Shown: piece after piece, positions 62,681 through 64,000 of the stretch
Layout: every line of letters begins with the position of its first letter
How positions within the stretch are numbered: position 1 is the stretch's first letter
Assembly: GCF_000143415.4 (NCBI RefSeq)
Contig: NW_003314298.1
Location: 851,014 to 915,013, forward strand
DNA length: 64,000 nt
Source: Selaginella moellendorffii
Taxonomy: Eukaryota > Plantae > Lycopodiophyta
Direction: 5' to 3'
Program-made: the position numbers and the translations under genes
Notes under the pieces: model-generated
Told to the model about the DNA's origin: nothing
What the model saw: only the letters and a program-made list of their open reading frames with translations
The model's database searches: none

Positions 62681-64000
62681 CCTTGAAGATTGCTTCGTTC
62701 CTGAGGAACCCCCCAACAAAGTTTAGCCCAAAAGAGAAAAATGAGTCCTTTGGTCTCGATCTTTCCCCATTTTGACTGTTGGTGGGCTTGTTGGAAAGGG
62801 CTCAGCCCTGTCTACCTCCTATCACAAGAATTTGGGGAGAAGCCACCTCAATACTCCCCAAAATCCAAGAAGAGGTAGCCTAGAACGCCAATATTGTGAA
62901 AAAACATGTGTATGTCACTGATGTAGATCGATAATAAGGCGCCGTTGGTGTTTTTGGAAAGCCTAAGACTAAGAGCATCTTTAGAAATAAACGGCATCCA
63001 AAAAAAAGCTCGAAGAAGCATAAATTCCCGCTGCAAAAATGACCCAATCTAGCTGGAGAAGAAAATCCTTTTGCATGCCCCCAATTTAGCCAAATCTAGC
63101 ACCAAGAATCACCACTACTCGTAGATCTAAGCCAGATCTACAAGCCCAAATGCACTACCTTGAGAAATTTGGCTGACTATCCAAGTGAGAAAGTGAAAAC
63201 CCCAAAATGTTCATCTAACCAAGCCAAGAAATGTTGTATCTCTTCAAATACTGCACGGCTTGATGAGCGCCATACCTTGCTAGAAAGAGGAGTTCCAGCC
63301 CTATCCAACACGCCAAAGATCAAACAAAACCACCGCCAGACGAACTAGAAATTGGTTCTCAAATTCTGCGGCCAAAAGAAAAAGAGAGAAATGACACCTC
63401 CAAACGTGCTGCATGTCATGCCGAGTTCACCATTTGTTGGGGGAAGGAAGGGCACCTCCCCCAACGCTCGCTCAAACACGAGAAATGCTTGAATGCTCTC
63501 CACAAAATGCCCCCCCTTGCCCTTGTGGGGCAAGGGTTTTATACAAGGAAGATGGGGAATATTCTGACTAGAATATTCCCTCTCTCTCTCGGTGGCCATG
63601 CCCTAACAATAGAAAGACCTCTGCAGATTCTTAGTCATATGACGATGCCCCATATGTCCGCCTAGAATAAAAGAATCATGGTAGACATAGAGAAAACGTC
63701 CAGCCGTAAAGGATCATCAGAATCCATCCCCACAAAATAAAGAAGGCCGTTCTGAAGGCGATATTAAAGATGTAAATGCCGGAATGGCAAATCACCAGGA
63801 AATGATGCAAGATTCTCAAACCCATCTTGAAGCCTTCGAATCCACAACTCAATCTTTTGAGACTTGCGAACCTCATCAAGAGAAGGTAGATCTTGCTTTG
63901 TGCCTTATGGACACTGAACATCAAGTACAGCAACTGCCAATGGCACAGAATCCTTGTCTAGAAAATCCATAAATGCTAGAACAATAGCCTCGTCAGAATC

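Noticed and set aside
62295-62775. Pro/Val/Thr-rich and Gly-rich ORFs
   Set aside because: Products of a hexamer low-complexity tract in presumed LTR/leader DNA.
62270-64000. Exact limits of the Tat 5' LTR
   Set aside because: No matching second LTR in the window, so boundaries cannot be fixed.

Overview
Plant nuclear DNA with compact genes and ~50-60 nt GT-AG introns. A lycophyte such as Selaginella is my inference, not verified. The first ~28.5 kb is gene-dense: a lectin-TM protein, eEF2, a Crinkler(CR)-type NTPase+nuclease gene flanked by two CR nuclease-kinase pseudogenes, a bHLH, a Tim44/mL45-domain gene, SIZ1, an L-type lectin receptor pseudokinase, a KLCR/TPR gene, an uncharacterised gene and an SDR. 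The remaining ~35 kb is a nest of mobile elements: a LINE remnant, a foldback element, a chromovirus, a Tat-type Ty3 element and an 11.7-kb Mutator-like transposon with a target-site duplication. Three observations stand out. (1) The Mutator-like element carries a multi-exon gene for a ParB-like domain fused to a bacterial-type beta-class N6/N4 DNA methyltransferase, plus two small zinc-finger genes pointing inward from its ends. (2) A second, divergent ParB + degenerate methyltransferase + FCP1-like gene has introns repeatedly occupied by a 22-bp palindrome (ATGGCGTGAGGCCTCACGCCAT), reminiscent of parS. (3) Spliceosomal introns interrupt the chromovirus integrase. All domain calls come from motif recognition by eye; no database search was run.
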